A DNA stretch of 64,000 nucleotides from a virus (Duplodnaviria > Caudoviricetes), in the IMG/VR virus record IMGVR_UViG_3300032167_000004, positions 64,001 through 128,000 of that record; one strand, 5' to 3'. Shown piece after piece: positions 17,300 through 27,594 of the stretch. The position numbers and the translations under genes were made by a program. Positions within the stretch are counted from its first letter, which is position 1; each line of letters opens with the position of its first letter. Below the pieces are notes generated by a model. The model was not told the origin of the DNA. It did no database searches and was given only the letters and a program-made list of their open reading frames with translations.

Positions 17300-20064
17300 A
17301 TGGAATACTATCTGTTAGATGTTAAAAGCATTATTTATGTAAATGGTGCTGAAGTTGCATTTGATTATATCAATACGTATTTCGATCCGAAGAAAGCAGT
17401 TGATGAGGCAACTATCCTTTCGTCAAAGGATAATGTGATTTGTGTATCTGTTCATAAGTGGTATGTAAATGAAAAGGGTCGACATACTCATTCCGGCGAT
17501 ATTCTTTATCATTATGAAAAGAAGTTTACAAAATTGACAGATTTGACTAAATGATAATTTAGAGAGGAAAAAACTATGGAAAATCATATCAAGAAGCTTT
17601 ATGAAGCAACTAAAAATATTGAAATTTTTATCGCCAGTGCATGTGATTGGGTTGACGGTAAAAATGTTCCTTCTCTGGGTATCAGAGATCGAGAAAACAA
17701 GGGTTGTGAAATCGATGGTGTTTTCTGGCTCATTGCAGGTACAGTCAGATTAAAGGATACACATAAGCCTGTACAGTATCTCAGTATGCTGAAAGCTGAC
17801 ATTGATAATATCTATATCGATTTACGGGCACAAGCAATTCCTTATGGTGAATGTACTGTAACTGTTGATCTTGGTAAAAGAAAGATTATACATACTGAAA
17901 TGGGTGAAGATAGAATCTTTGCTCATCTTGAGGTGATGTGATGAATACATATATTGTAACATTGCTACCATATGGTGATAAAATGTTACCATATAAAATT
18001 ACTGTAACCTCTGATACATCTGATGATGCTATTATCAGAGCAAAACGATTTGTTGCTGAAACTGGATATTGGCCTCGACATCTTAATATTGAAGAAATAA
18101 TGGATTGTCTTGAAGTTAGTGAAATTACAATTTCAGCAACAAATATTACTTCATCTTTTTAATAAGGAGATAATTAAATGATTAATTGTGTAAATATCGA
18201 AACCAAAACTGCTATTTTTGGTTATGGTGGCATTAAAGTGGATGTTTCCGTTTATCGTTTAGGACTTTATGGAATCAGACCTCCTGTCGGTGCTGGAACC
18301 CAAATTCTCGATTCTAATGGAGAAAAAATCGGAGATTGGGAATATACTGGAGAACATTTCATCATATGTTTTGGTACATATGATGAAGCTAAATCTGTAT
18401 ATGAGCATCTCGAAGAAATCGAAAAGAATCAAGGTGGAATATTCAAGCATGACGGAATCACATTTGATTTCACTTGGTATCGTCAGGCAAGTATTGATGT
18501 TGTAAAGAAAGCCATGCGTTTTATTATTGGAAACTTTTTACAAGTAATGGCTTGTTAAAATTGGAGGCATTGTACAATGAAATATGTAATTTCACCACCA
18601 AGATTGAAACACTTCGTTAGAAGATATAAAGACGATATGGAACGTCTTAGCAAATATCCTGAACACAGTAAAGAAAGAGATCTGTTAGAGAGAAGAATTG
18701 AAAGACATAAACAAGATATTATCAATTATGTAATAAGTGAATCTTTTGAAACAGTTCTTAACACATTAGACCCGTAGAGAAAGGAAATTATATGGATATT
18801 ATTTTCTATTTTGTAATCTCCACATTTGCTGCATTTATCATATATGTCATTGGACCTCTTATTCATAAAGGGTTCAATAACTATGATTCTAAGGAATATG
18901 AGTTTGTGGATCGTGAGATTCCTGAGAAAAAGAAAAGACATAAGCCTAAGAAGGGTGTTATTTATGAGTAAAAAATATTATGATCTCATTAATTATTCCA
19001 GTATTAAAGACTCTGTTGATTTCTGGAATAGTCCAATGGCAGTCGGTTTATCTCATGAATTCAAAGGTAAGAATGTATTCCAAGCTATTGAATACTGGAA
19101 AAGCCGTGCTCTAAAGACAGATAAAATTGAATCATCTTTGGTAGTATATCTTGAAAATCATGATTTGCTATATAGTGATTATGAAATCAAGTTTATTACT
19201 GAATTACTGAATCATCCTGAAAGGGATAGATTTAGACTTATTCATGACGGTAGTTACTACAGTCATAGAATATGGTTCCATGTTGACCCAGATGATAAGA
19301 AGATTCATATTTCTCCAAGTATTTCTTGGTATGATGGTGGTAAATCTCTTAAACCTTTGTCTGATGAAATGAATATTTTACCTGTAGAGGATAAAATTCA
19401 ATTTCTATTGGATCACTTTGAAGTTGTCTATATTCAGATGCATATTGTAAAAAATCGATCTGATATTAGAGATATTATTTCTGATAGTGTACATGAATAT
19501 GCCTTGTTAGATTTTGATTTCTAAAAAAATAAAGAGGATTAAATTATGACTAGAGAAGAACAGCTGAGAAAAGAATACGAAGATAAGCTAAATGCTTTAA
19601 GAACAGAACAAAGAAATTGTACACATGAATGGGATGAAGTTAAATATGACCCGGAGATTAAAATGGAACCATGTGGATATAAAACGGTTACACAGGGTGT
19701 TCATGTATGGCGAGAAGCAACAGATTATCGTAGGGTAGAAGAAAAAAGATGGAGTAGAACTTGTAAGAAGTGTGGTAAGGTCGAGTATACGAAAGAATTA
19801 GTTGTTGTAAAGTATGAACCAAAGTTTTAAAGGATAATATGAGGTATAATAAAGAAAGGAATATGCATCATGAAGTTATATAATATTCTTTCTGTTATTA
19901 GCGGAGGTACTCACATTATCATTTATGATGGATGTGCAGAAGTTTTCAATGGAAAGATGTGCGAAGTATCTAAGACTGAATGGGATGAGAAGATGGATAG
20001 ATATATGAATAATGATATTATTCGTGTGAATACTATCGATGGAGCAATTACCATTGCAGTTTAA
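17300..20064 (+). CDS. Early operon of hypothetical genes (17300-17554, 17576-17941, 17941-18162, 18178-18558, 18577-18777, 18792-18971, 18964-19524, 19546-19830, 19870-20064)
   Basis: RBS-preceded ORFs between early promoter and terminator 20076-20111; 19546 has CTHEW...CKKCG. Confidence 0.6.
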
Positions 20065-20125
20065 TATACTTTTATAAAAATAAAGAGGGATTTATTTCCC
20101 TCTTTATTTTTTTATCTTTTTTTAT

Positions 20126-20138
20126 AAGTATATATTAT
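20126..20138 (+). promoter_or_regulatory. Early promoter motif upstream of RNAP gene
   Basis: AAGTATATATTAT. Confidence 0.6.
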
Positions 20139-20214
20139 ATTTATATGAACGGAATTTAAGATATAATTTTCGTTTTAACAGCATTATAATGGATACAACT
20201 AGAGGAGGATTAAT

Positions 20215-20406
20215 GTGAAACGTATTAAAGAATTTATATGCGATGATTATTGTATTCCAACAGATGAAGAATTGTTAGAATGCATTAATATCGCTAAATC
20301 CGAAAATTGTATTGTATATTTACATTATACACTACCAATGAGTCGTACACATACTTTATATATTGATAGTACGACAACTTTTGAAGAATTAAAAGAAAAT
20401 TTATAA
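20215..20406 (+). CDS. Hypothetical protein
   Basis: GAGGAGG RBS with GTG start. Confidence 0.55.
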   Translation: MKRIKEFICDDYCIPTDEELLECINIAKSENCIVYLHYTLPMSRTHTLYIDSTTTFEELKENL

Positions 20407-20427
20407 TATTATATGAGGTGATTTATT

Positions 20428-23400
20428 ATGAGCAAAAATAATAATACAGGTGTCCAATTAGAGAAACTTAATTGGGATAAAGAATGTGAATTAGATCTTA
20501 TGTTAGGTCGAGGATTCATTGTTTCTGAACCTGCAATTACTGGTAAAGACACTAAGTCTATGTATGGTATCCAATCACCTCTGTTTGCATCTGATTGGTC
20601 AGATGGAGAAGATGCATTCGCTGACCGTTTTAAATGTGCATGTGGTGCTATGAAAGGTAAAATTTTCGAAGGAGAAATTTGTCCTGAATGTAAAACTAAG
20701 ATTGAGTTTAGGGATGTCGATCTTAGCTATACCGGCTGGATAGTCATTAATAATCATAAGATTATTCAACCTATTTATTATAATAAATTAGCATCTATTA
20801 TTGGTAATAAAACTTTTAATGAAATTATTAAATATGATAAGTTTATCGATAGAGATGGACATGTACAAGAAAAGACAACAGATAGTAATCCTTTTAGAGG
20901 AATTGGATTGATTGAATTTAGAGAAAGATTCCAAGAGATATTGGATTATTATAAAGTAAAGAAAAAGAATAAATGGGAAGAAATCAGAGAGATTGAAGAA
21001 GATAAAGATAAAGTATTTACTTCATGTATTCCTGTGTTCAGTTCCGTAAATCTTTAATGCGGCTATATAAAGTGATTTATATAGTGAACTCTTTTAATTG
21101 CTGGGAACTCTAGAAATAGACAATCAGCAGCCAACCCTATAAATTGCATAATAATTAATTTAAAGAAGGTGTTTTAAATACTTTTTGAACGTATAGTTGA
21201 AATATTTTTACCATTTTATTACGAAGGTAAAAAGACAATATATCTTGTCAGTGATGCTGGTAGAATTATGAATGGTAAAAGTGGTAGAATATTAAAAACT
21301 CGTATAGAGAAAGATTATGAACGTGTTGGTTTATCACTTAATGGTGTAGATAAAGATTTTTCTGTACATCGTTTAGTGGCAATGGTATTTATTCCTAACC
21401 CTGAAAATAAACCAACAGTAAATCATATTAATATTCATAATTTAAGTGCTGCAGAAAATAAACAAGATAATTGTATTGAAAATCTCGAATGGGCAACATA
21501 TCCAGAACAAGCTGAACATGCTCTGAGAACTAAATTACGAGAACCATTACGAGGTGAAGATAATCCTGCAGCAAAATTAACTGAAGAAGATGTTAAAAAT
21601 ATATCAATGATATTTACAATGAATGAATTAACTATTTCAGAAATAGCAACTCTATTTAAAGTAGATTATGAAACAATACGTGATATATATTGTGGTAATA
21701 CATGGAGACATATTACATGTGACTATGATTTCAGTAATTATACTAAATTAGGTTGTGAAATATATACTGATGAACAAATTCATCATGTATGTAGATTTCT
21801 GGAAGAAAATAAATTACTGGTTTCAGAAATATCTAAAGAAACAGGTGTTGATGAATTCAATATTAGACATATTATAAGGAAAGATTCATGGTTACGAATT
21901 TCTAATAATTATAATATATCTAATTATGATAAAATTAGACCTGTTACAAAAAACACTGAAGAACAAATTCATCATGTGTGTAAATTATTAGAAGAAAATA
22001 AATTAACATTACATGAGATTTCTGATATAACTAGTGTAAAATATAAAGTAGTTAATGCCATTCTTAACGGTAAAAATTGGAAACATATCTCTTCACTATA
22101 TAATATCAACTATACCGCATTTGAGATTAAAAAATAAAAAAAATAATTATGCATTTTATAGGAAGGTTCAACGACTATTAAGTACATCCTAATGTAGATG
22201 GAAATGGAGAGCATCTTTAATAATAAGATGAAGATATAGTCTAGTCTTTATAGAAATATAAAGAAGTTCTATATAGAGAACTGTATAAGAGTAACGATCT
22301 TATATGAATATAACAATTAAGACCAGTGTCGTTCAGAAATGATAGTTTCTTTTATTCGACGATTGATAAGAAATACAATAGTATATTCTCGTCTGCACGT
22401 CTGTTAAATGATACAGACTTGTATGAAAAGAGAAGAAAGAAATGGACAAAGGAAAAAAGAGAAAGAATGGACATTGCTACTATTCTTTCAACAATTCAGG
22501 AAAAATTAATGCAGTTATGGGAATTAGTATTCGACCTTATAAACCAGAAGGATGGATTCATAAAATCGGAGATACTCGGTGGAATAAAACTAATTGTTCC
22601 TATACATAGTAATATGTATATAAAACTTTCTTAATTGCTGGGACATCATATATGGACAATCAGCAGCCAAGACTATCTAAAAAGATAGTAAGGTTCAACG
22701 ACTATTAGATTCAAGTGAATCATAATGGAAAGCTCCTTTTAATAAAAGGATGAAGATATAGTCTAATCTTTATAGTAATATAAAGCTGTTATTAAATTAA
22801 CGATATAAGAGTAATGAACTTATATGAATATTATTGGATTAATTTCTCTAGCCGTTGTAAAAATAATGCAACGTAACTCTTTTAATTGCTGGAAAGTCTA
22901 GAAATAGATAATCAGCATCCAAGACTATCTAAAAAAGATAGTAAGGTTCAACGACTATTAGATTCAAGTGAATCATAATGGAGAGCAACTTATTATAATA
23001 AGTTGAAGATATAGTCTAATCTTTATAGTAATATAAAGCTGTTATTAAATTAACGATATAAGAGTAATGAACTTATATGAATATTATTGGTTATTATTCC
23101 TGATCCTGAATTGAAAGCAGATGAAGTAAAACTTAACTATATGGCATTAAATTAAAAGTGTCCTCATATAGTAATATATGATGTAAAAACTTTCTTAATT
23201 GCTGGGAAATCCTATACGGACAATCAGCAGCGAATACTCTTTATAAAAAAATATAAAAAGGAGATACAGTATGAAATACGAATTTACGATAAAACCTATA
23301 GAAGGAGAAACCTATACTATATTAAAAGATATTGATGGTAATGATACTGAATTTTTAATTAGTAAAAATGGTTATATTACACCTTCTAATACTATCATTG

Positions 23401-24782
23401 TTGAAATATGGAAACCTATTTTTATAAATGGTGAAAAAACTCATTATTTGATCAGTGACTATGGTAGAATCAAAAATTCAAAAAAGAATAAAATACTTAA
23501 ACCTAAAACAAATGCATATTGGGGATATAAACAAGTTGATTTATCTATACATAATGTAAAGTATCAGTGTAAAGTTCATAGATTAGTAGCAGAAGCTTTT
23601 ATTCATAATCCTGGAAATAAAAAGACTGTAGACCATATAATTGTAACTTCTCCAAGTGAGATTGGTAAAGCTATTAATACAGTATTTAATTTACGATGGG
23701 CTACTCAAGAAGAACAAGCTAAATATGCTATTTCGTCTGGAGCTAGACATGGTGTTAAAGGATCTAAAAATCATCTTGCTAAAATGGATGAATTAATGGC
23801 ACATGCAATTTGCAAAGAAATTGTAAAATATGAGTTATCTATTATTGAGATTAGTAAAAAATTAAATATTCCGTCGCATACTATAACAGATATTTTAGAT
23901 AAAAGATCTTGGATACATATATCATCAAATTATGATATTGATAGATCTAGAATACCTTCTAGTAGAAGAGGATTAGACAAAGAAGATTTATTTAAAATAT
24001 TTAAGTTGCGAGATGATGGATATACTTATAAATATATTGCTGATCAGATTGATAATAAGATAACATCAGGTGCTATAAGAGATATGATGAATCGACCCGG
24101 TAGTTATAAAAAAGAAAAAGAAGAATATGCATTATTATATAAAAATAATAAAGAGTAACGTTCAACGACTAATATATCTGTGTAAGATAGTAATAGAAAG
24201 TATCCTATTCATCAAATAGGATAATGATATAGTCTAATCTTTATAGTAATATAAAGCAGTTATTAAAATAACGGTGTAAGATTAACAATCTTATATGAAT
24301 AAAATGTTTTGGAACTTTATAAGTACGAGATAATCGCATATCTCGTTAAGATGGCAGGTATTACTGAAAATGAAGCCTATGAAGCTTGGTTTAAAGCCCG
24401 TATAGTTTATAATCCTAAAATTTATGAAGTAATGAATTTTATTCTTAAGAAAAGAAAGCCTAAGATCCTGATTAATCGTAACCCCACGATTAATTATGGG
24501 TCCTTGCTTTGTGTTAAGATTAAATCTATTAAGAACGAGTTTTCTGAAGATTACACGATGAGTATGCCACTGCAGATTTTAAGTGTACTGAACGCTGACT
24601 TCGACGGAGATATTCTGAATATTATTAGTCTGAAAACAAAAGCTTTAGAAAAAGAATATAATAAGATTTTTAATCCTAGATTAAATCTCTTTGTTAGTAG
24701 AAATGATGGCATGTTCAATAGTGATGTATCTTTGTTTAAAGATGAAATTATTGGATTGTGGTCCTTTAATAATATTGAATAA
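20428..24782 (+). CDS. Catalytic RNA polymerase beta'-like subunit, N-terminal half (non-virion RNAP, AR9 gp270/phiKZ gp55-like); spliced, join(20428..21047,22316..22585,22837..22858,23090..23147,24307..24782), 481 aa
   Basis: Joined exons (1446 nt) are in frame and restore the CxCG/CPEC Zn finger, IPVFSSVLRP, ILGGMINFSSRCVIIP, AFLELYK, NRNPT and NADFDGD. Confidence 0.9.
21048..22315 (+). mobile_element. Group I intron 1 with HNH endonuclease; terminal nucleotide A
   Basis: P1 CCGU/GCGG with U-G, AATTGCTGGGAA (P), AATCAGCAG (Q), GTTCAACGACTA (R), AAGATATAGTCT (S); P10 TTAAT pairs with exon ATTAA. Confidence 0.9.
21178..22137 (+). CDS. Intron-encoded NUMOD4-HNH homing endonuclease with C-terminal HTH repeats
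   Basis: VHRLVA..FIPNPENKPTVNHIN...DNCIENLEW; frame open from ATA 21178 (after AAGAAGGTG), encoding NUMOD4 EIF.P...YLVSDAGR; first ATG at 21268. Confidence 0.85.
   Translation: MLFERIVEIFLPFYYEGKKTIYLVSDAGRIMNGKSGRILKTRIEKDYERVGLSLNGVDKDFSVHRLVAMVFIPNPENKPTVNHINIHNLSAAENKQDNCIENLEWATYPEQAEHALRTKLREPLRGEDNPAAKLTEEDVKNISMIFTMNELTISEIATLFKVDYETIRDIYCGNTWRHITCDYDFSNYTKLGCEIYTDEQIHHVCRFLEENKLLVSEISKETGVDEFNIRHIIRKDSWLRISNNYNISNYDKIRPVTKNTEEQIHHVCKLLEENKLTLHEISDITSVKYKVVNAILNGKNWKHISSLYNINYTAFEIKK
22586..22836 (+). mobile_element. Group I intron 2 (251 nt, no ORF)
   Basis: P1 GGAAU/GUUCC, P/Q/R/S elements, terminal G, P10 TAATT:GATTA. Confidence 0.9.
22859..23089 (+). mobile_element. Group I intron 3 (231 nt, no ORF)
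   Basis: P1 CGUUGU/GCAACG, P/Q/R/S elements, terminal G, P10 AATAAT:GTTATT. Confidence 0.9.
23148..24306 (+). mobile_element. Group I intron 4 with HNH endonuclease
   Basis: P1 GGCAU/GUGUC, P/Q/R/S elements, terminal G24306, P10 TTAAAA:TTTTGG. Confidence 0.9.
23271..24158 (+). CDS. Intron-encoded NUMOD4-HNH homing endonuclease
   Basis: EIWKPI...YLISDYGR, VHRLVAEAFI.NP..KKTVDH...NLRW; AAAGGAG RBS; inserted in P6 loop. Confidence 0.85.
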   Translation: MKYEFTIKPIEGETYTILKDIDGNDTEFLISKNGYITPSNTIIVEIWKPIFINGEKTHYLISDYGRIKNSKKNKILKPKTNAYWGYKQVDLSIHNVKYQCKVHRLVAEAFIHNPGNKKTVDHIIVTSPSEIGKAINTVFNLRWATQEEQAKYAISSGARHGVKGSKNHLAKMDELMAHAICKEIVKYELSIIEISKKLNIPSHTITDILDKRSWIHISSNYDIDRSRIPSSRRGLDKEDLFKIFKLRDDGYTYKYIADQIDNKITSGAIRDMMNRPGSYKKEKEEYALLYKNNKE

Positions 24783-24799
24783 TAAGAGGATATATTATT

Positions 24800-26812
24800 A
24801 TGGCTAAAGATATTAATGAAGAAATTGATAGATTATTATATATAAGAAATGAAGTATATTTTTATACTAAATTATTAATTGCAGATAAAAATATAAGAAT
24901 TATAAGTAAAGATAAATTTAATCAATGGATGAATGAAAATAAATTAGATAAAGATATAATTTATTGTACAGTAGATCCAGAGATTGGTCAGTATATTGAA
25001 GGATATATTGAATAAGAGATAAATATATGGTAGTAGTAAAGATTTAATTTACTACTACCATATTATATAAATTTTTTATATAAGGATATACTTATGAAAG
25101 AAATTAAAATATTAATATATGTAATGATCATTAGTGGATTAGTATGTTTTAGAACCATTGGAAGATTTATGACTGATAAAATAAAAACAGAATGGTCATT
25201 TGAATATCTTATATTTGGATATGGTGGAGCATTAGTGTTTGTCGGTAGTGTTGAATTATTAGTATATTACATATTTTTTATATAGAGGTGTATAAAAATG
25301 GAGAATAAATTAATTATAATTGGTATTATTGCCTTTGTATTGTTATCTATTTCAATCAGCTTCTATATTGGTTATATATTAGGTTTTAAAAAATCTAAAG
25401 AGATTGATGATAATATTTTAAATGAATTAAGAGAGAAATATGTTAAACCATTTTATTTAGATGAAGATGATTATATATAAGGAGAAAACAATGGACAAGA
25501 AAACTGATAGAGGTTATTTATATATTAAAGCTGATAATCCTTATATAAATGGAATTCTTGGTACTGATATTAAATTAACCTTTAAACAGAAAATAGATAT
25601 ACTTTTTAGTAAAGGTATATGTGTATTATTAAGAGGAAATGATATCATTAAATCAAAAGGACCTTTGAAATAAATGGGATGTGAAGGATGTATTCATTAT
25701 TCATTTTGTGGATATTTTGATTTATATTATGGTAAAATGACAGAAGAAGAAAGATTTAAAGAGCATTGTGTTGGTTGTTGCTGTGGTGATGGAGCGGAAT
25801 GTAATAAACACAATGGTGAAGGTCATAAATGTACAAATTGGGAAGATGGTTCTGAACCATTAATGGGATAATATGACTGTTGAAGAATTAATTAAAAAAT
25901 TGGAAGAATTTCCAAAAGATATGGAAGTTTATGTTGGTTATGATGAAATAGAACGTGTATATGAAAGTACATGGACACATAGTAATTATCCATATAATAA
26001 ACCAGATAAACAGATAGTAATTATTGATTAATATAAGAGGAGAATAATATGTTTAAAGATGCAGTAGTAGTAACTTCTAAATTTTTAGAGTTAAGAGACA
26101 AATTAAATCATAATATTAGTATGAATAAAGGATATAACAATAGTATTATGCGAGAACATGGTAAAAGTGAAGAAACACTTAATCTGTATGAGTTACAAAA
26201 AGCTTTCGGTGAATTATGTGAACTTTTACATGATTTAGCATTATCTGCTAATAAATAAGTTGGGGAGAAACTATATGAGTTGTATTTCAAGCAATAATTA
26301 TCCTACAAAAGGAAGAAACCTTGATCTTAAGATTAATAACCCTTCATTTATAAAAGATACTATAGATTCACATATATCATATAAAGAAATCATTCTTGCT
26401 GAATGGGACATGGTGATGGATGATTTTGATGATGGTGTTGGTACTAGACTTTTACCTCATTGTACAAATTGTCATAGAGGTGTATATAAACATGATGCTG
26501 GTAAATGGTGTACATTTTGTGGAGCATTAATGAAAAACCCAATAGCATTATAATATATTAGGAGAAATATTGAATATGAAAATGTTTTCTGATTGTAGTG
26601 GAGAATGTTGTGTTTGTGCATGTGGAGATTTTTGTCTTGCGGGACATGGTGATGATGATTTCCGTTTAGCTACTAAAGAACAAATTATTTCACGATTAGA
26701 TAAAGGTCAATATAGATCATATAGATTTATGATGGTTAATACATTATTCAATGTATATAACTATGAATATACTAGATCTGAGTTAGAAATTAGAGGGGAG
26801 AAAACTGTATGA
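24800..26812 (+). CDS. Run of small hypothetical genes (24800-25015, 25094-25285, 25298-25480, 25491-25673, 25674-25871, 26049-26258, 26275-26553, 26570-26812), several TM or Cys-rich
   Basis: RBS-preceded short ORFs; terminator-like hairpin 25025-25063. Confidence 0.55.
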
Positions 26813-27594
26813 AAGTATTTTTAGGTGGAACTTGTGCTGGTTATCCTTGGAGAGATGACTTACAGACTTTATTAAACTGTGACTATTATAATCCAATTGT
26901 TGAAAATTGGAGTGAAGAAGATAGATTAAGAGAAGTACATGAAAGAGAAACTTCTGATTATGTATTATATGGAATTACTACTGGTATTAATGGTGTATAT
27001 TCTATTGCAGAAGTCGTGGATGATTCTAATAAAAGACCTGAAAAGACAATATTCCTTAATTTGTTTAAAGAATATGGTGATGAGTCTAGAAAGAAAATGG
27101 GTCATAGTCTTAAAGCAGTTGAAAACTTATTAAAATCTAATGGTGTTAAAGTATTTAATACTATTGAATCTGTTGCAGAATTTTTGAATAATAGATATTT
27201 TGAAACACAATCTAAAGCAGACTTTGCTAGTTCTGAATGTATGGTAAATTGTGTTAATGCTCATTTCGATACAAAATCAAATTTGGAAACAAAAGAACCT
27301 ATTTACATAGTTGAATTGCATGATTATGATAGTGATACTGTTGTGGGTTATTTTACAGATTATAAAAAAGCAGAAGAATGTTCTGATTATTTTAATAAAG
27401 CTAAGCCTAGTTCTTATCAGGATGTAGGATTTAAATGGCAAATAATAGAATTTGATCCAAATACAATTGACTACGCTTCTATGCTTAACGAAATTAATGA
27501 AAAAGAAAGACTCGAACGTGAAGCAAAAGAGGAAGAAGAACGACAGAAAGAATTGGCAGAACTTGCAAGATTAAAGGCTAAATATGAAACTTAA
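26809..27594 (+). CDS. Nucleoside 2-deoxyribosyltransferase-like protein fused to a C-terminal phage domain
   Basis: KVFLGGTC...WR...YNP.V.NW...E...SDYVLY.IT...GVYSIAE pattern; C-terminal part resembles ORF 15238. Confidence 0.75.
   Translation: MKVFLGGTCAGYPWRDDLQTLLNCDYYNPIVENWSEEDRLREVHERETSDYVLYGITTGINGVYSIAEVVDDSNKRPEKTIFLNLFKEYGDESRKKMGHSLKAVENLLKSNGVKVFNTIESVAEFLNNRYFETQSKADFASSECMVNCVNAHFDTKSNLETKEPIYIVELHDYDSDTVVGYFTDYKKAEECSDYFNKAKPSSYQDVGFKWQIIEFDPNTIDYASMLNEINEKERLEREAKEEEERQKELAELARLKAKYET

Noticed and set aside
22316-22322. Canonical omega-G at 22321 as 3' splice site of intron 1
   Set aside because: In frame but removes the conserved LR of LRP and does not fit P10 pairing; kept only as an alternative
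22326-22634. ORFs 20428-21057, 22326-22634 and 24309-24782 as three separate genes or a pseudogene
   Set aside because: They are exons of one spliced gene; their ends run into intron sequence
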